Program-made: the position numbers and the translations under genes | In this document: piece after piece, positions 38,615-50,870 of the stretch | How the letters are laid out: every line of letters begins with the position of its first letter | Position numbering within the stretch: the stretch's first letter is position 1 | The notes under the pieces: model-generated | What the model was told of the DNA's origin: nothing | What the model saw: only the letters and a program-made list of their open reading frames with translations | The model's database searches: none | From: an uncultured Actinomycetes bacterium | Lineage (GTDB): Bacteria; Actinomycetota; UBA4738; JBBDTT01 | Direction: 5' to 3' | NCBI GenBank assembly: GCA_963742735.1 | Contig: CAVUMN010000001.1 | Location: forward strand, 160,001 to 224,000 | Length of the DNA stretch: 64,000 nucleotides

Positions 38615-39969
38615 GCGGGGAACGGAGCGGTGTTCTCCGTTGCCGGGTCCCGCTTCACCTTGCGCGGGATGGTGACCATGCACGGGATCATGACCAGGAA
38701 CGGCAGCACCTGCGTCCGCTGGCGGGCGAGCAGGCCGAAGTTCGCCAGGGCTGCGAGCTCCACGGAGATGATCAGGACCGAGGCCCCGGCCATGATCGTC
38801 ATCGCGTTGTCGCGCCATCGCCGAACCGCCCGCCAGACCTCGCGTCGCTTGACCACGAACAGCCCCATCAGCATCACGCCCTCCAGCGACTGGAGCATGG
38901 GGAACACGCCGCCCGCCTCGAAGGGGAACGGACGGAAGTTGGCGGTGATCAGGGCCGCGGGCAGCCCGGTCGGCGAGAACGGGTTGGGCGGGGTGAAGTT
39001 CGATCCGCCGGAGAAGTTCGACTCCTGCTGGGTCTGGAACGCGGCCTGGATGCTCTCGCCCTCGTTCAGGGAGCCGATCTGTTGGCGCGCCTGGTTCATG
39101 AGGAAGAACGCGGCGATGGCGAACAGCGGCAGGAACACGATGTAGGACAGGGCCTGGGTGTTGGCCGAACGGGCTCGGGTGGGACGCAGGGCGAACGCCC
39201 CGGCCCCCGCCACCGCGATCGCCACCGCGATCGGGGCGCGCACGATCGCGATCGGCGCCAGCCCGAGCAGGACGTGGAACATCGCCTTTCCCGACCATCG
39301 CTTGAACAGCAGCGCGAAGCCGTACGTGGCGATGCCGAGCCCCATCATCACCGGCGCGTCCTTGCCCAGCGAGGTGGTCCAGTACCAGAACGAGGGGAGG
39401 AAGAAGATCAGCACCCCGAACATGCGGTGGTTGCCGGTCGGATACGCGGTCGTGAACGCCTTGTAGAAGTGCCATGACCCGACGAACGACATCGCCGCCG
39501 AGACGACGAACCCCGCGAGCTGTGACGGGGGCAAGAGGATGTACAGGAACCCCGAGAAGTATTCGATCGCTGCGGTGTCGCTGAACGGCGGGATCAGCTG
39601 CGAGAAGTCCAGGTGCCGGAACTGTTCGGACAGCTGCAGCCCCGCGCCGAAGTACCCCCTCGCGTCGGAGGAACCCCCGTACACGGTCTCGATGATCACG
39701 TACCGGACCAGGCTCCCCATCAGGAACGTCAGCAGGGCGATGGCCAGGAACCGCGGGGTGATCCAGGGGGCCCGCCGCGAGGCGGCCGGGATGAGCAGGC
39801 TCGCGATCAGGGCGGTCACGGCGACCAGCACCACGTAGGCCTGGGGCTCCACCGTGAGCGTCCCGGCGATGACCACCGCCACGAACCCCGCCACGAAGAT
39901 CAGGCCCCAGGCGGCGACGGAGAACGGGGCCTGGTACGAGATCCGGTCTTCGGCCATCGACTTGCGCAT
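38590..39969 (-). CDS. Wzy-type polysaccharide polymerase (putative)
   Basis: About 11 TM helices; SDARGY, FFLPSFWYWTTSLGKD, NFGLLARQR; cluster context. Confidence 0.7.
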   Translation of the reverse strand: MRKSMAEDRISYQAPFSVAAWGLIFVAGFVAVVIAGTLTVEPQAYVVLVAVTALIASLLIPAASRRAPWITPRFLAIALLTFLMGSLVRYVIIETVYGGSSDARGYFGAGLQLSEQFRHLDFSQLIPPFSDTAAIEYFSGFLYILLPPSQLAGFVVSAAMSFVGSWHFYKAFTTAYPTGNHRMFGVLIFFLPSFWYWTTSLGKDAPVMMGLGIATYGFALLFKRWSGKAMFHVLLGLAPIAIVRAPIAVAIAVAGAGAFALRPTRARSANTQALSYIVFLPLFAIAAFFLMNQARQQIGSLNEGESIQAAFQTQQESNFSGGSNFTPPNPFSPTGLPAALITANFRPFPFEAGGVFPMLQSLEGVMLMGLFVVKRREVWRAVRRWRDNAMTIMAGASVLIISVELAALANFGLLARQRTQVLPFLVMIPCMVTIPRKVKRDPATENTAPFPAWASVSRS

Positions 39970-40013
39970 CGGCCGATTCTAGCGAGCACCCCGGGCCGTG
40001 CCCGGGAGAGCCG

Positions 40014-41036
40014 TCAAAACAACTCCAGATCGCCCAGGGTGAGCGACCAGGCGGCGGGGTCGGTCAAGCCGCCGGCGGGGCCCCGGCGATCGGAAACCGG
40101 CCGCACGGTGAACGTCATCCCGGCCCTGGGCGGACGGAGGAACCCCGCTCGCCGCAGGGCCCGCCGGGCCGGCCACCCCTCGCCGAAGTGCGCGGCGGCG
40201 TGGGTGGCCCCCGAGGCCTTGACCGCCGCGGACAGCGCCCGCCGGGCCGATCGCGCGTCGCCGCCGGGCACCAGGACCTCGCCGACGACCGCCTCGGCCA
40301 GCCGGCCGCGCGAGCGCACCCGCAGGATCACCGCGGAGTCGCCCTCCGTCCACACGTGGTACGGAATGGGCGCGCGCGCGTAGCGCCACCGCAGGTACTC
40401 GAGGGCCCTGGGCGTGATCAGCCGGCCCTCCGGCCGTCCCACGTCCGCCACGATCCGAGCGAGCCCGTCCCCGGCCAGGGCGTCGGCGGCGGGGACGAGC
40501 CCTCCGGCGCCGGGCACGCCGACCGGCCCGCCGGCCGACAGATCGCGCCGCACGGCCGCCCCCGCCAGGGCCAGCGGACGTCTGACCCTCAGCCAGACGG
40601 GCCAGCGCGTCACCTGCGTCCATCCCATCTTCAGGTAGCCCGGGAGGCTCTTCTCGTTCGGCGTGTTGAAGACCAGGTCCACGCCCTCCTGCCAGCAGCG
40701 CTCCAGCGCGGCCGTGGTCAGCCGCGAGAAGATCCCTCGCCGCTGCGCCTCGGGGTCCGTCGCGGTGTCCACCGCCCGGACCGCCGCGTAGGCCCCGTCC
40801 GGGCCCTCGAAGGTCCACCGCATGAACGCGCGCAGACCGACGATCCTCCCCTCGGACTCCGCGAGCAGCGCCAGGGAGCGGCCGAAGTGGTTCTCGAGGT
40901 GCTTCCAGACGAAGAGCGCGCGGCGGTCGGCGCCGCCCGGCGCCGGCCCCAGCGAGCGCGTCAGCAGATCGACGATCCCGTCGAGGTCGGCGTCCTGCAT
41001 CGGACGGATCGTGAGGTCGTGCGGCCGGCCGGTCAC
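40014..41036 (-). CDS. GNAT family acyltransferase
   Basis: AVDTATDPEAQRRGIFSRL acetyl-CoA motif, FNTPNEKSLPGYLKMGW. Confidence 0.85.
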   Translation of the reverse strand: MTGRPHDLTIRPMQDADLDGIVDLLTRSLGPAPGGADRRALFVWKHLENHFGRSLALLAESEGRIVGLRAFMRWTFEGPDGAYAAVRAVDTATDPEAQRRGIFSRLTTAALERCWQEGVDLVFNTPNEKSLPGYLKMGWTQVTRWPVWLRVRRPLALAGAAVRRDLSAGGPVGVPGAGGLVPAADALAGDGLARIVADVGRPEGRLITPRALEYLRWRYARAPIPYHVWTEGDSAVILRVRSRGRLAEAVVGEVLVPGGDARSARRALSAAVKASGATHAAAHFGEGWPARRALRRAGFLRPPRAGMTFTVRPVSDRRGPAGGLTDPAAWSLTLGDLELF

Positions 41037-42169
41037 CGGCGGGCCCTCCGTTCGGCCAGGACGTCGTCGTAGAGCGCCTCGGTCTGCCCCACGGTGCGCT
41101 CCAGCGAGTACCGGCCGGCCACCACGGGCGCCTCCGCGGCGAGGTCCGCCAGGCGCCCGCGGTCCGCGATGAGCGACCCGAGGGCGGCGGCCAGGCCCGG
41201 CTCGTCGCCGGGCGGCACCAGGAGGCCTCCCCCGGCGGCCAGGACGGCCGGCACCCCGCCCACCTCGGTGGCCACCGCGGGGACCCCGCTCGCCAGCGCC
41301 TCCAGCAAGGCGACCGGAAGCCCCTCGAACAACGACGGCAGGCAGAACACGTCGAAGGCCCGCATCAGCCGTGAGGCCTGCTCCCGCACCCCGAGCAGCC
41401 GCACCGCGTCCCCCAGCCCGAGGCGGGCGATCTCGGCGCGGACCGGCACCTCGACCGCCCCCAGGCCGACGATGGCGAAAACCGCCCCGGGGTGCGCGTC
41501 GAGGACCGTCCGTGCCGCGCGGACCAGGTGCAGGTGTCCCTTCTTCGGCGTGATACCTCCGACGGTCCCGATCACGAACGCGCCGGGGGGCAGCCCGAGC
41601 TCGACGCGGGCCTCGGCCCGGGTCAGGGCCGCGGCCCGCAGGCCCTCGGCGTCAACGCCGTTCTCGATCACCGTGACCGGCGGCGTTCGGCGGCCGCCTC
41701 CGGCGATCGAGTCGCGTACCGCCTGGCTGACGGCGATGACCCGGTCGTTCCATCCGAACGTCCGGGCGTTCGCCAGGGCCGTGAGCCCGCGATAGCGCGC
41801 CCACAGGTTGTGCTCGGTGTAGACGACGGCCGGACGCACCGCCGGCGGGAGGCCCCGGGCAGCCCATCGGCCCCCGACCGCCGCGTAGGGCAGGTGCGCG
41901 TGCAGCAGGTCCACGCCGTCGAGGTGGCGACGCAGGCGACGCGGCCACCCCAGGTCCAGATGGCTGCGGACCTCCAGGCACCGGACGGGCACCCCGGCGT
42001 CACGGAGCGGCGCGACCAGGTGGTCCTTCCACGGCAGCAGGTAGACGACCTCGGGGGTGAACCGGTCGCGGTCGAGGCGGGGGACGATGTCGCCGACCAG
42101 CCGTTCGGCGCCGCCCGGGCCGAGGCCCTTGATCAGCCAGAGGACGCGGGCCGGGCCACCGCCGGGCAC
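41033..42169 (-). CDS. Glycosyltransferase family 4
   Basis: LIKGLGPGGAE, YTEHN, IAVS, ENGVD, PSLFEGLPVALLEA; start approximate. Confidence 0.9.
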   Translation of the reverse strand: MPGGGPARVLWLIKGLGPGGAERLVGDIVPRLDRDRFTPEVVYLLPWKDHLVAPLRDAGVPVRCLEVRSHLDLGWPRRLRRHLDGVDLLHAHLPYAAVGGRWAARGLPPAVRPAVVYTEHNLWARYRGLTALANARTFGWNDRVIAVSQAVRDSIAGGGRRTPPVTVIENGVDAEGLRAAALTRAEARVELGLPPGAFVIGTVGGITPKKGHLHLVRAARTVLDAHPGAVFAIVGLGAVEVPVRAEIARLGLGDAVRLLGVREQASRLMRAFDVFCLPSLFEGLPVALLEALASGVPAVATEVGGVPAVLAAGGGLLVPPGDEPGLAAALGSLIADRGRLADLAAEAPVVAGRYSLERTVGQTEALYDDVLAERRARR

Positions 42170-42180
42170 GAGCGGGACGC

Positions 42181-44055
42181 TTACGGGGTCGAGATCCGCT
42201 GCTCGGGCGGCGTCCGCCCCGGGCCGATCTCGTCCTCGAACCCGGGGGCGTCGCCGGCCAGGCGCGTGGCCGCGTCCGCGGCCTGGCGCTTGCGCTCGCG
42301 TCGAGAGACCTTCCCGTTCGCGGGCTCGGGCTCCAGGTAGTACTGGCTGGTGTAGGCGTAGTAGTCGCTGTAGTAGTAGCTGAACGCCGGCCCGAAGTTG
42401 TTCAGCACCGTGCCGACCACGCGGGCCCGGACCTTGGCCAGCTGGTCGCGGGCGTGCGCCAGGACCCGGCGGTTGGTCGACTCGTTGACCACGAACAGGG
42501 TGGCGTCGCACAGGGTGGCGAGGACCGCGGCGTCGGCCAGGCCGAGGACGGGCGGCGCGTCCAGGATCACCCAGTCGGTGACCTGCGCGGCCTGGTCCAG
42601 GAAGTCCTTCATGGCCAGCGACCCGAGGAGCTCGGTCGGGTTCGGCGGGATCGGGCCGCCGCTCATCACGCGCAGACCGCGGATGCGCGGGTCGTTGACC
42701 GCCTCCAGCAGCGAGGCCTGGCCGGAGAGCACGCTCGACAGGCCGATCCGGTTCGACACGCCGAAGTGGCGGTGGACCGACGGACGGCGCAGGTCGGCGC
42801 CCACGAGCAGCACGCGCTGGCCCGCCTGGGCCAGGACGACCGCCAGGTTGGCCGCGGTGGTCGTCTTGCCCTCGCCGGCCACCGGGGAGGTGACGAGCAG
42901 CTTGCCCACCGGCCCCGACACCGACATGAACAGCAGGTTGGTTCGCAGGGTCCGGTACGCCTCGGACGACGGCGCCTTGGGATCGTCCAGCGTGACGAGA
43001 TAGGAGCGCTGGCCGTTGCGGCCGGCGTGCTCGCCGATGCCGCGGGCGGACGGCACGTGCGGGACCACGCCGATGAGCGGGGCCCCGGACTGCCGCTCGA
43101 CGTCGTCGACGCCCTTCAGCGAGTCGTCCACGTAATCGCGGAGGAACGCGGCACCGACGCCCAGGATCAGGCCGAGGATGAACGCGAACGCCCCGTCACG
43201 GATGTGGTTGGGCAGCGAGGGCTTCTTGGCCGGGATGGCCTGGTACAGGATGTCGCCGCTATCGCCGGCGCCGGCGATGGCCTGGTTGATGTCGGCGATC
43301 GAGGACACCAGCGAGTTCAGCTGAGCCTGAAGCTGCAGGGTGGACTGTTCCGCGGCCTCGGCGGTCTGGATGTCCGCCCGAACCAGCGCCACGTCGCCCT
43401 GAAGCTTGGCCTGGGCATCCTTCGCCGACGCGACGGCCTGTTCCCGCTTGTAGCCGAGGTACGCGACCGACAGCGCCGTGGCCTTGGCGGCCGCCAGCGA
43501 GGGGCTCGTATCCCGCACCCGGACCACGATCAGCTGGGTGGACTGCCGGCCGGGGCTCACCTGGATCCCCCTGAGGAAGTCGTAGCCCGCGAGGACCTGC
43601 TCGGCGTCGAGCTCCTTGCCGGACTCGGGAAGGGCGTCCTCCTCCACGGGTGCGGCTCCCGGGCTCGCCCTGGGGGCGGGGGTAGGCTCGAGCTCCTCGG
43701 TGTTGGCGCCCGTCTCGTCTACGACGATAAGGGTGTCGAAGACGGTCCGGCCCTTCAGCAGCTCGGCGGCGTAGAACCCGATCAGGGGGCTGGCCGCGAC
43801 CTGGGACTCCGTGATGGCGTCGGTCTTCTTCGCGGTCTCCACGCTGCCGCCCGTGAACGTCAGCTCAGGCGGGATCTGGACCGTGGCCTCGGACTGGTAG
43901 ATGGGGGTCTGCTGGTAGGACAGGAACAGGGCCGAGGTCATGATCAGGGTGAGCACCAGGATCGCGGTCCACTTGCGCAGCCAGAGGATGCGGAAGTAGT
44001 CGCGCAGCTCGAAGCCGCTGGTTCGACTCTGGGTCTCGGTGTTGGGATCGTTCAT
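42181..44055 (-). CDS. Polysaccharide co-polymerase / BY-kinase (Wzc-like)
   Basis: Wzz-type N-terminus, SEAYRTLRTNL, GEGKTT, ADLRRP, PPNPTELL, ILDAPP, C-terminal Tyr cluster FSYYYSDYYAYTSQYY. Confidence 0.92.
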   Translation of the reverse strand: MNDPNTETQSRTSGFELRDYFRILWLRKWTAILVLTLIMTSALFLSYQQTPIYQSEATVQIPPELTFTGGSVETAKKTDAITESQVAASPLIGFYAAELLKGRTVFDTLIVVDETGANTEELEPTPAPRASPGAAPVEEDALPESGKELDAEQVLAGYDFLRGIQVSPGRQSTQLIVVRVRDTSPSLAAAKATALSVAYLGYKREQAVASAKDAQAKLQGDVALVRADIQTAEAAEQSTLQLQAQLNSLVSSIADINQAIAGAGDSGDILYQAIPAKKPSLPNHIRDGAFAFILGLILGVGAAFLRDYVDDSLKGVDDVERQSGAPLIGVVPHVPSARGIGEHAGRNGQRSYLVTLDDPKAPSSEAYRTLRTNLLFMSVSGPVGKLLVTSPVAGEGKTTTAANLAVVLAQAGQRVLLVGADLRRPSVHRHFGVSNRIGLSSVLSGQASLLEAVNDPRIRGLRVMSGGPIPPNPTELLGSLAMKDFLDQAAQVTDWVILDAPPVLGLADAAVLATLCDATLFVVNESTNRRVLAHARDQLAKVRARVVGTVLNNFGPAFSYYYSDYYAYTSQYYLEPEPANGKVSRRERKRQAADAATRLAGDAPGFEDEIGPGRTPPEQRISTP

Positions 44056-44234
44056 AGGTTTGTAGGGCGCGCGCTCTGCGAGTCTCGCATATCGTGGAGG
44101 CCGTCTCCGGGAAGCCGGAGCCGAAAGAGCCTATCCGGACCCAACGGAGCCGGTCAACCCTCCGGGCGGCTGCCCTCGGTTCGCCCATACAATACAGGCC
44201 GACTTCCCCCGGCGACCCTCGAAAGGAACGATCC

Positions 44235-46488
<2,254 letters not shown>

Positions 46489-46492
<4 letters not shown>

Positions 46493-48549
46493 GCCTCGGG
46501 GCCCTCGCCGGCGTCCTGCTCCTGCTGCTGATCCCGGGGCTCCCGGCGTCGCTCGCCCTCCACCCGCCGGGCCGGATCTCCGTCGTCTCGCGGCTCGCCC
46601 TGGCGCCGGTGTTGGGGGCGGCGCTGGCCGGCGCGGTCGCGTTCCTCCTCGCCCTGCCGGGGTGGCTGTGGCCGGCGCCGTTCCTCGTCCTCGTCGGCGC
46701 CGCCTCGGTGGGGCTGACGGTGTGGGTGGCGCGCCGGGACGGGCTCCGGGCCCACGCCCGGGCCGCGATCAGCGAGACCCGGGCCGACCCCGGGCCCATC
46801 GTGCTGGGGCTCGTGGTCCTCGCCGGGATCGCCGTCGTGCGGCTGTCGTTCGATGCCCGGATCCACTTCTCGGCCGCCTCGGCGTGGCGGTACTGGGCGG
46901 ACGCGGTGGAGATGGCGGACGCCGGAGGGTTCCCCCGGACCACGCTGCAGTACGGCCTGCCGCTCGTCCCGACGGTGAGCAAGGGGTTCCTCAACGCGCT
47001 CAACGCCGGTATGGCCCACGCGATCGGGCGCGAGGCGCTCCCGGCCCTCGGGGCGCTGCTGTGGGTGGGCTCGGTGGGGTTGGCGGGAGCGCTGTGGGCC
47101 CTCGGACGGGAGATCGGACTGCGGTGGACGGCGCCGCTCCTCCCGCTGCTCGTGGTGGTCAACCGCGAGTTCCTGAACCCCGAGATCACCGCCGATCTGG
47201 ACGCGTACCGCGCCGAGACGTTCGGACGCATGCTCGCGTTCGGTGGGCTGGTGCTGGTCGTCCGGGCCCTCCGCGATCGGAGTGGGTGGACCGACGCCGT
47301 GGCCGGCGGCGGGCTGGTCGGCGTCGCCATCGGGATGCATCTGGTTCCGGCGATCGTGGCCGGGATCATCGCGGCCGGGTTCGCTGTGGGCTCACTGATC
47401 CGCGATCCGGCGCGGCGCGCAGCGCTGGTCCGTGGCCTGGCCGCGGGCGGCGTGGCCGTCGCCGTGGCGGGCGCGATCGTCCTGCTTCCCAGGGGTGACG
47501 TCGGGCTCTCAGGGGTTCGTGGCGATCAGGCGTTCGACCGGTTCGGCCCGGCGTTCGATCCCACGCTGTTCGTGAACGCGGGGGTGACCCCCGAGCGGCA
47601 GGCCGCCGAGGGCCCTCGCGACTGGAGGCTCTCCGCCGGCGAGGCCTACCGGGCGTTCGTCGCGACCTCGATCGGCGAGCCGTCCGGGCAGGGCCTGCGC
47701 CCGGCCGAGCCGCCGGAGTCGGTGGGACCGATTGGGGTGTCGATGGCCCTGCTCGGCGTGGTCCTCGCGGCGCTCGGGTTGGCCTGGTTGCCGAGGACCC
47801 TCCGGCCGGCCGCGGTGATTCCCCTGGTCCTGGGGGCGGGGCTGGTGAGCCTCACCTGGTGGTTCTCCCGGCGCTCGAGCCTGTTCATCCCGGCGAACTT
47901 CGGGCTCCGCCGTCTCTACGACTACTCCGCGCTCCCGCTGATCCTCGGCGGGCTCGCGGCGCTCGAGGTCGTGGTGGTGGCCGCGGGCAAGCTTCGCCGC
48001 TGGGCAACCGCCGCGGTGACGGTCGTGCTCGTCCTCGGCCTGTCCGCCTGGCTGCTGCCGGACGCGCGGCTCCGGCCGAGCCGGATCGCGGCCGTGGAGC
48101 CCGTGATCGAGGGGATGCGATGGGTGAACGAGCATCTCCCGTGCGGCGCGTTCATCCTTTCGAACCAACACACGGAGGGCTTCTTCCAGGCGGCGCTCGG
48201 CCGGCCGGCTTTCCTGGAGGGCGCGACCCCGTACCTGCGTCCGGTGGTGCTCGAGGAGGCCATCGACCGCTTCCTCGAGGCGCGGGCGTTCTTCATGGCG
48301 CCGAGCCGGGCGACGTTCCCGGCGCGCAACCTCACGCACGTGGTCGTGATCCGCGGCGGTGGGATCGGCTACTCCGCGACGACCGGCCAGACCGACATCG
48401 CGGCCCTCGACCGGCTGGGCTTCCTGAGGCTGGAGCGCGCGGACGACGCCGTCCGCGTCTACACGGTGACGCTCGCCGGCGCGGGCCAACCTCCCTGGTA
48501 CCCGGGCCGATACCCCGGTTACCACTGCGACCGGAGCCGGTCCCTCTAG
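46489..48549 (+). CDS. GT-C-like polytopic membrane protein
   Basis: About 14 TM; N-terminal PG...LALAP helix pair, WRYWAD loop, C-terminal soluble MRWVNEHLP..ILSN domain. 4-bp overlap with the GT2 gene. Confidence 0.65.
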
Positions 48550-50870
48550 CCGGAGGGCTCCTCGGGGGACCCGTTCCGAAACCGTCGCCGAAGCGCGGGA
48601 GCCGCGGCCGCCAGGCCGAAGCCCGCCAGCGCCACCGCCGATCCGGCCAGTCCGAGGCCGATCGAGGGGTCGTCGTATGTGAGGCGGACGACGTGGTGGC
48701 CCGCGGGCACCGCCACGGCCGTCACCGCGTAGTCCGCGACCAGGACCGGCGCGGGCTCGCCGTCGACGGTCGCCGACCATCCGGGGTCGTACGGGTTCCG
48801 GATCAGGACCATCGCCGGGCGGCGCGCGTCGACCTCGACGACGATCGCCTGCTCGCCCTGAGGACGATACCGGGCCACTCCGGCCGAGCCCCCCGTCCCG
48901 GACGGCCCCACCGAGGGTTCCTCCTCGAGGATCACCGTCGCATCCACGTCGAACCCCGGGTCGGCCAGACGATGCAGGGCCTGATCGGCCCCGTCCGCCA
49001 CCACCCAGGCCCCGATCAGGCTGGCTCGGGGGGGCGGCGACGACCGCCGGTACAGGGACCACCGTCCCGATCGGACCGTGGCGGGGTCGGTGCCCGGCGG
49101 TCTTGGGCCGGCGATCAGCCACTCGATGCCCATCACGTCCAGGTAGGCCTCGGGAGGGTCGGCCACCGTGGCGCGGTTGTACCGGACGGGGTGATCGCTG
49201 AGGGCCCGGAGCAGTGTCCACGTCCGGTCCGGCTGCAGCGAGCGATACCCGCCCGCGGACTCGAGGGCGAACAGCATCCCCTCGTTGTTGTGCAGGGCGC
49301 GCACGTCGCTGATCGGCCGGGCATTCTCCCGGCCGACGCCCACGAATCGCCCACCCTCCCGGTCGAGGACCCGCGCGATGGCGCGCGGGGTGAGGTACGC
49401 GTCGAGATCCGCTCCCGGCAGCCGCGGGGCCTCGAGGATCGGCGGCGTGCGGCCGAGGACCGTCTGGCGCGCCTCGAAGTCCTCCCCCGCGCGGGCCACG
49501 AGCGGTCCGACCAAACCGGCGACCACGACGGCCGCGAGCACGGTCGCCGCCCATGCGGGACGTCCGACCGTCACCGCGGTCGCCACCCCGAGCCCCGCGA
49601 TCGCCAGGAACGCCGGCACCAGGGCCGAGCCTCCCGCCCCGGCGATCGCCGCCAGGACGATCCACGCCATTGCGGGCACGCCGAGCATGAGCGCGCGGCG
49701 GCGCCAACCGCCGGGCTCGGCCCACGCCTCCACCCCGAGCCCGGCCAGCACCGCGAGGCACGCGACCACCCCCAGCGCGTACCACTCCGGCGCGTGGAGG
49801 TACTGGTCGACCAGCGGGAGGGACCCGAGCCGGTCGTACGCGAACTCGATGACCGGCCGCAGCGTGAGCAGGTAGCACACGACCCCGAGCGCGGAGAACG
49901 CGATCACGAGCGGCCGTCGGCGCCGCGACCACCATCCCGCCCAGGCGCAGGCCAGCCCCGCGACCCCCAGCGGGATGCCCGGGACGCTCGCCAGGTTCAG
50001 GGGCCAGTCGCCGCTCGCCGCCTTCCCCGGGTACGGCGGGCTGAGCATGCCGGTGAGCTCGAGCGAGCGCCGGCTGATGTCGTCGTAGCCGCCCTCGATG
50101 CTCGTGCCGGAAAGCAGCGCGGCCCGGGGGACCAGCACCGCCAGGTTGACCGCGACGATCGCCAGCCCGAGCAGCGCCGCGGCGGCGATCAGTCGCCGTG
50201 CGGCCACCCCGTCGCCCCGGGCCCGGAGTGCCACCGGGATGAGATAGGCGGCCAGCAGCAGCGTGGTCAGCGCGGCCCCGAACGTCACGTGCACCGAGAC
50301 GGCCTGACCCCACGCCGCGGCCACCGCGACCGACCACCCCACCCGGGCCGGCCATCGCCGTGCGCGGGTGAGCCGCGAGGCCGCCCCGAGGGACAGCACC
50401 GCGTACGCCACGACGGCGGCGAGGCGGACGGTGACGGCCGTGCGCGTCGCGGCGAGGGCCACCGTGAGGATCAGCCCCGACACGGTGGCCGCGGCCCGCG
50501 ACGCCCGCTCGCCCCGCAGGAACGCGTACAGCCCGAGCCCGCCGAGGATCGGCTGGACGCCGACCAGGATGCCCAGCGCCAGGGCCGGGCGCAGGGCCGA
50601 GAACAACGCCATCACCAGCAGCTGCATCCATCCCGAGTGGGGGTCGGCCGCGAACGGTTGGCCGCCGAGCACATGGGTCGTCCAGGCCGGAACGTGCCCG
50701 TCGCCGAGCGCCCGGCCGAGCTCGGTGAACTGGGGCAGCCAGAACGTGATCACGTCCGACTCGGTGGTGAGGCCCTGGAACAGGAACGCGCGCAGGATCC
50801 ATGCGCCCGTGACCGCGATCACCAGCGGACCGGCCAGAGACGCGGCGAGGCCGCGGAGACGGGGGCTCAC
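48546..50870 (-). CDS. YfhO-family GT-C glycosyltransferase
   Basis: SDVITFWLP, WTTHVLGGQPFAADPHSG, C-terminal YDPGWSATVDGEPAPVLVADY...GHHVVRLTY plus TM; start GTG 50870. Confidence 0.8.
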   Translation of the reverse strand: MSPRLRGLAASLAGPLVIAVTGAWILRAFLFQGLTTESDVITFWLPQFTELGRALGDGHVPAWTTHVLGGQPFAADPHSGWMQLLVMALFSALRPALALGILVGVQPILGGLGLYAFLRGERASRAAATVSGLILTVALAATRTAVTVRLAAVVAYAVLSLGAASRLTRARRWPARVGWSVAVAAAWGQAVSVHVTFGAALTTLLLAAYLIPVALRARGDGVAARRLIAAAALLGLAIVAVNLAVLVPRAALLSGTSIEGGYDDISRRSLELTGMLSPPYPGKAASGDWPLNLASVPGIPLGVAGLACAWAGWWSRRRRPLVIAFSALGVVCYLLTLRPVIEFAYDRLGSLPLVDQYLHAPEWYALGVVACLAVLAGLGVEAWAEPGGWRRRALMLGVPAMAWIVLAAIAGAGGSALVPAFLAIAGLGVATAVTVGRPAWAATVLAAVVVAGLVGPLVARAGEDFEARQTVLGRTPPILEAPRLPGADLDAYLTPRAIARVLDREGGRFVGVGRENARPISDVRALHNNEGMLFALESAGGYRSLQPDRTWTLLRALSDHPVRYNRATVADPPEAYLDVMGIEWLIAGPRPPGTDPATVRSGRWSLYRRSSPPPRASLIGAWVVADGADQALHRLADPGFDVDATVILEEEPSVGPSGTGGSAGVARYRPQGEQAIVVEVDARRPAMVLIRNPYDPGWSATVDGEPAPVLVADYAVTAVAVPAGHHVVRLTYDDPSIGLGLAGSAVALAGFGLAAAAPALRRRFRNGSPEEPSG

